NCBI GenBank assembly: GCA_902579195.1 | Contig: CACHFV010000001.1 | Coordinates: forward strand, 9,089 to 73,088 | Reading direction: 5' to 3' | Length of the DNA stretch: 64,000 bases | Origin: an uncultured SAR86 cluster bacterium | GTDB lineage: Bacteria > Pseudomonadota > Gammaproteobacteria > Magnimaribacterales > TMED112 | Shown here: one piece after another, positions 60,796 through 64,000 of the stretch | How positions within the stretch are numbered: position 1 is the first letter of the stretch | How the letters are laid out: every line of letters starts with the position of its first letter | Notes under the pieces: generated by a model | Databases searched by the model: none | Seen by the model: the letters and a program-made list of their open reading frames with translations, nothing else | What the model was told of the DNA's origin: nothing | Translations under genes and position numbers: made by a program

Positions 60796-62871
60796 TTACT
60801 GCTTAATATTTTTCAAAGCAAAGGATTGTTCGACAGAAAACAGCTCAATTCTCTTCCATTTTGGCATGGCCACACCATTGCCAGAACCATGTCCTGCTCT
60901 CAAAGCATCATAAAGCATTACTGGATTATTGCAGCCCTGATATTCTTGCTGTCTTGCAGTAAATTTGTATGAGTGTGATGGTACTACACGGTCATCTCGA
61001 CGAGCTGTTGTAGTTAAAGTTGGCGAATAACAAACTCCAATTTTTGTTTGGTGATACGGTGATATTTCTATGTTTCTATGGAAGTCTTCTTGGCTAAGAA
61101 TTGGGTAGCCATAATCGCCTCTCCAACCCCAACCCTCAGTAAATTCTGTAAACCTAATCATATCCATCACACCAACTGCTGGCAGTGCTGCGCCAAAGTA
61201 GTTTGGATTTTGGATTAGGGTAGCACCGACCAATAAACCGCCGTTTGATCTTCCGCTAATAACTGTCGACTTTCTATTGCCAATATCATTGCTCTCAAGA
61301 AATTTTGAGGCATATAAAAAATCATCAAACACATTTTGCTTCGTACCCAATCTTCCAGCATTGTGCCAAGCTTTACCAAATTCTCCACCTCCACGAATAT
61401 TCGCGACCGCTAACACTCCACCCATCTCAAGCCAAGCTACGTATTTTGGCGTAAATGATGGTCGAATAGAAATGTTGTAACCACCATAAGCATATAAAAA
61501 TATTGGAGTATCTTTATTCAGCTTAGTAGAGCTTTTATATGAGTAAGTAATTGGCACCATAGTGCCATCTTTGCTCTCATAATTAGTGCTAACTTCCGTG
61601 TAATCATTAGGATTAAATCTCGGAATGGCCTCCTCCCACAATAGTTCTAGTGAATTGTTGATGAAATCAAAAGAGAAATACTGAACGGGTTGAGTATAGC
61701 TTGTTACGATAAACATTATTGCGTCATCACCAACGCTCTGGAATCCACTAATAGTGCCGCTCAAATTATCTGGCAAAGTTACATCAAGCTGCTCACCTGA
61801 GTGATTGAAAAATACAATTGCGGAGCGCATGTCAGCATGATCAATATAATCGGCAATTAAATAATCATTTACAAAAGAAACGCCCTTTAATGCAAAGTTA
61901 TCTTGTGAAACTACTTCAACCATCTGGAAATCAGCAAATAATATTTTTACTAATCTGTAGTTATCAGCTTCTAGGTTGGTTATAAAAAATAAACCGTCAT
62001 CGTCCGCATGTACGTAATTAAAACTTGCTTGATTAATAGGTGTTATGGGCTCAAGAGTTTCTAAGGAGTTTCCAAAAAGATAAAAATTTTCTTCTTCTGA
62101 TCCGGTTATCACTTTAATTAATATTTTTTTGTCTTCACCAATAAACGATACGGTGTAATTTTGTTCTGGATTGATTTGCCCGTAGAAGAGTTTTTCCTCT
62201 CCCGTTCTTATATCAGCAAAATATATGGCAGCATCATAACTTTGCTGGCTTAGCCTATTTTCTGGTAATGGTTTTGGATATTTATTGTAGTAGAAGCCAG
62301 ATGAATCCTCTTTCCAAGTTATATCTGAAAATTTTACTTCGGTAATCTCAAGATCTAGCTTCTCATTGGTTTCTAGGTTCAAAATTTTTATTGTTCGCCA
62401 ATCAACGCCGCCATCTGTAACTGAGTACGCTAAATATTTTTTATTTGGTGAAATTGAGACCTTATCAAGATTAAGTGTTTGGTCATCTGACCATTTGTTT
62501 GGATCAAGAATGACTGTGTCTTCCTCGCCCTTTTTCATATACAAATGATGTTCTTCAGCACCAGAGTTGTAAAAATAGTACTCGCTTTCAGGATTAAAAT
62601 AGGCCAAAGAGTAGTATTCAGAGCTATAAGCCTCAGTTAGAATTTTTTGTATATTCTCTATTTCTGATTCAGCTAAATAGGACTCAACTAAAGCATTTTG
62701 TTGATCAGACCATTCGACAACATAAGGCGACTCAAAATCTTCCATGTATTTGTAGGGATCAATAACTGTAGTACCATGTAAGTTGTAATTTGATCGTTCT
62801 TTTTTTGGATTTGGGTAATCAAAATCAGCTGAACATGAAGCAAGCAAAAAAACTATTAGTAAATATCTCAT
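60796..62871 (-). CDS. prolyl oligopeptidase (S9A family), lipoprotein
   Basis: Lipobox LLASC. Beta-propeller N-domain. Catalytic GRSNGGLLVG, plus the Asp (RRDDRV) and His (AGHGSG) regions. Confidence 0.9.
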   Translation of the reverse strand: MRYLLIVFLLASCSADFDYPNPKKERSNYNLHGTTVIDPYKYMEDFESPYVVEWSDQQNALVESYLAESEIENIQKILTEAYSSEYYSLAYFNPESEYYFYNSGAEEHHLYMKKGEEDTVILDPNKWSDDQTLNLDKVSISPNKKYLAYSVTDGGVDWRTIKILNLETNEKLDLEITEVKFSDITWKEDSSGFYYNKYPKPLPENRLSQQSYDAAIYFADIRTGEEKLFYGQINPEQNYTVSFIGEDKKILIKVITGSEEENFYLFGNSLETLEPITPINQASFNYVHADDDGLFFITNLEADNYRLVKILFADFQMVEVVSQDNFALKGVSFVNDYLIADYIDHADMRSAIVFFNHSGEQLDVTLPDNLSGTISGFQSVGDDAIMFIVTSYTQPVQYFSFDFINNSLELLWEEAIPRFNPNDYTEVSTNYESKDGTMVPITYSYKSSTKLNKDTPIFLYAYGGYNISIRPSFTPKYVAWLEMGGVLAVANIRGGGEFGKAWHNAGRLGTKQNVFDDFLYASKFLESNDIGNRKSTVISGRSNGGLLVGATLIQNPNYFGAALPAVGVMDMIRFTEFTEGWGWRGDYGYPILSQEDFHRNIEISPYHQTKIGVCYSPTLTTTARRDDRVVPSHSYKFTARQQEYQGCNNPVMLYDALRAGHGSGNGVAMPKWKRIELFSVEQSFALKNIKQ

Positions 62872-62946
62872 ATTTGTCTCCTTAGCTGCATTGAAGAAAC
62901 TTCATAAATGCAGTATTTTCTATTTTTAAACCGGTAATCCATATTA

Positions 62947-64000
62947 ATGAATTTAGCTGAAAAAATAAAAGAATTGCATGCTTCAAAATATAAGTTTGTT
63001 ATTGTTTCAAGTGGTGGGGGAAGTAATGCCATAGCATCTTTGCTAAAGGTGCCAGGCGCAAGCAATACAGTACTAGAAGCATATATACCCTATGCAAAAG
63101 AATCATTGGATTTTTATTTAATGAAGAAGCCTGATTTTTATGCTTCAAAGGATACCTCATTAAGGATGGCTGCTCGTGCATATAGTGCTGCAAAAAAAAT
63201 TGACCAAGAATCATCGCTCAACCATCTGCTTGGAGTCTCAATAACTGCTTCATTAAGCACAACCTATGAAAAAAGAGGCGATCATAAATTTCATATTGCA
63301 TTACAGACTCGAGATTTTTCTAAAAGCATCTCCTGTAAGTTGGAAAAAGGTCAAAGAACAAGAGAGGAGGAGGAAGAACTTGTCACCGCTTTTGTAGTTA
63401 ACTTGCTTGCTGAGTGTAGTGAGCTTGAGTACGACTATCCCCAAATACCTGAAGAGGTGGTGTTTGATGAAGTAAAAGCCGAAAAAGGATGGGCAGAACT
63501 AATGAGCAACAAAATTAATTATGTTTTATCAGAAGATGCCTCTCCAGAATTAATTTTTCCAGGTGCTTTCTATCCGTATCATGATGGGCACAAAGCCATG
63601 AAAGACTTAGCAGAGCAAGAAACAGGTAAAAAAATATTTTTTGAAATTTGCATTCAAAATGTAGATAAGCCACCTATTAGTTACCACCAAATAAAAAAAA
63701 CAGTCATGCAGTTTAACAATTCTGAAAATTGGGTGCTAACTAAAGCAGGAAAATTTTCAGAAAAATCAAAAATGTTCCCAAACTCTACATTTATTATAGG
63801 AGCTGACACTTTAGTTAGGATTATGGATGAAAGGTTCTACGAAAGCAGAAAAGAGATGCTTAAAGAACTTGAGATCTTCAATGAAAATAATAACTACTTT
63901 TTAGTTTTTGGTAGAGAATATCAAGGAAAATTTACGACCTTATCCGATGTTCAATTGCCTGATGATATTAGTGCTAGGTTTAAAGGTTTTGATGAAGAAA
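62947..64000 (+). CDS. CinA-C-terminal-like domain fused to a NadD-like nucleotidyltransferase domain (3' end outside window)
   Basis: Open frame from ATG 62947 to the window end, verified codon by codon (>351 aa); missing from the ORF track because no stop is in the window. N-domain VSSGGGSNAIASLLKVPGASNTVLEAYIPY resembles CinA/PncC. C-domain FPGAFYPYHDGH (H-x-G-H-type) and IIGADTL resemble NadD-type adenylyltransferases. Confidence 0.6.
   Translation, partial: MNLAEKIKELHASKYKFVIVSSGGGSNAIASLLKVPGASNTVLEAYIPYAKESLDFYLMKKPDFYASKDTSLRMAARAYSAAKKIDQESSLNHLLGVSITASLSTTYEKRGDHKFHIALQTRDFSKSISCKLEKGQRTREEEEELVTAFVVNLLAECSELEYDYPQIPEEVVFDEVKAEKGWAELMSNKINYVLSEDASPELIFPGAFYPYHDGHKAMKDLAEQETGKKIFFEICIQNVDKPPISYHQIKKTVMQFNNSENWVLTKAGKFSEKSKMFPNSTFIIGADTLVRIMDERFYESRKEMLKELEIFNENNNYFLVFGREYQGKFTTLSDVQLPDDISARFKGFDEE

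Noticed and set aside
60754-60972. Track ORF (72 aa, +) spanning the tRNA-Phe gene and the 3' end of the prolyl oligopeptidase gene.
   Set aside because: It overlaps a well-folded tRNA and is antisense to a strongly supported 691-aa gene. Spurious.
62868-63214. Two minus-strand track ORFs (62868-63065 and 62999-63214).
   Set aside because: They are antisense to the long open + frame starting at 62947, which has recognisable domain motifs. Spurious.

Overview
64-kb chromosomal segment of a low-GC, very tightly packed genome with frequent 1-29 nt gene overlaps. It looks gammaproteobacterial, but that assignment is inferred from synteny only. (i) 1-16.9 kb, all on the + strand: rnpA (3' end)-yidC-mnmE-mnmG-rsmG-parA-parB-atpBEFHAGDC-glmU-glmS. 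This is the classical origin-proximal block in the same order as the Pseudomonas-type rpmH...glmS region, so oriC is expected just upstream of base 1. (ii) 16.9-25.5 kb: an accessory-looking stretch directly behind glmS, a classical site-specific insertion hotspot, with no integrase or transposase. It opens with a DpnI-catalytic-domain-only nuclease homolog translationally coupled to glmS. A cassette-like series of small membrane ORFs and a serine hydrolase follows, punctuated by five direct copies of a ~45-bp junction element that starts on the stop codon of the preceding ORF. Next come NTF2-like and ABM-like proteins, a Met/His-rich beta-barrel OMP, a cupin, a membrane-protein + XRE operon with tandem palindromic operators, and an ETHE1-like MBL hydrolase. 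(iii) 25.6-41.6 kb is mostly housekeeping: ald, ceramidase-like protein, hydrolases, NMO, prolyl 4-hydroxylase, uvrD, lipB, lipA, yaaA, rpoH, trmB, yggT, yggS, SPOR protein, argS, efp, DUF1295. (iv) 41.7-47.0 kb: a six-gene TonB2-type energy-transduction cluster. (v) 47-64 kb: folA-thyA-lgt, TauE, rmuC, aminotransferase, AlkA-like glycosylase, HCCA-isomerase-like protein, two tandem sulfatases, hydrolases, a PepSY protein, an oxidoreductase, tRNA-Phe, prolyl oligopeptidase, and the 5' part of a CinA-like/nucleotidyltransferase fusion ORF that runs off the window and is missing from the ORF track. No rRNA, CRISPR array, IS element or prophage genes were seen. The most unusual signal is the repeated junction element and modular ORF array at the glmS flank. 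All functional calls rest on motifs read by eye and recalled family knowledge; no database search was run.
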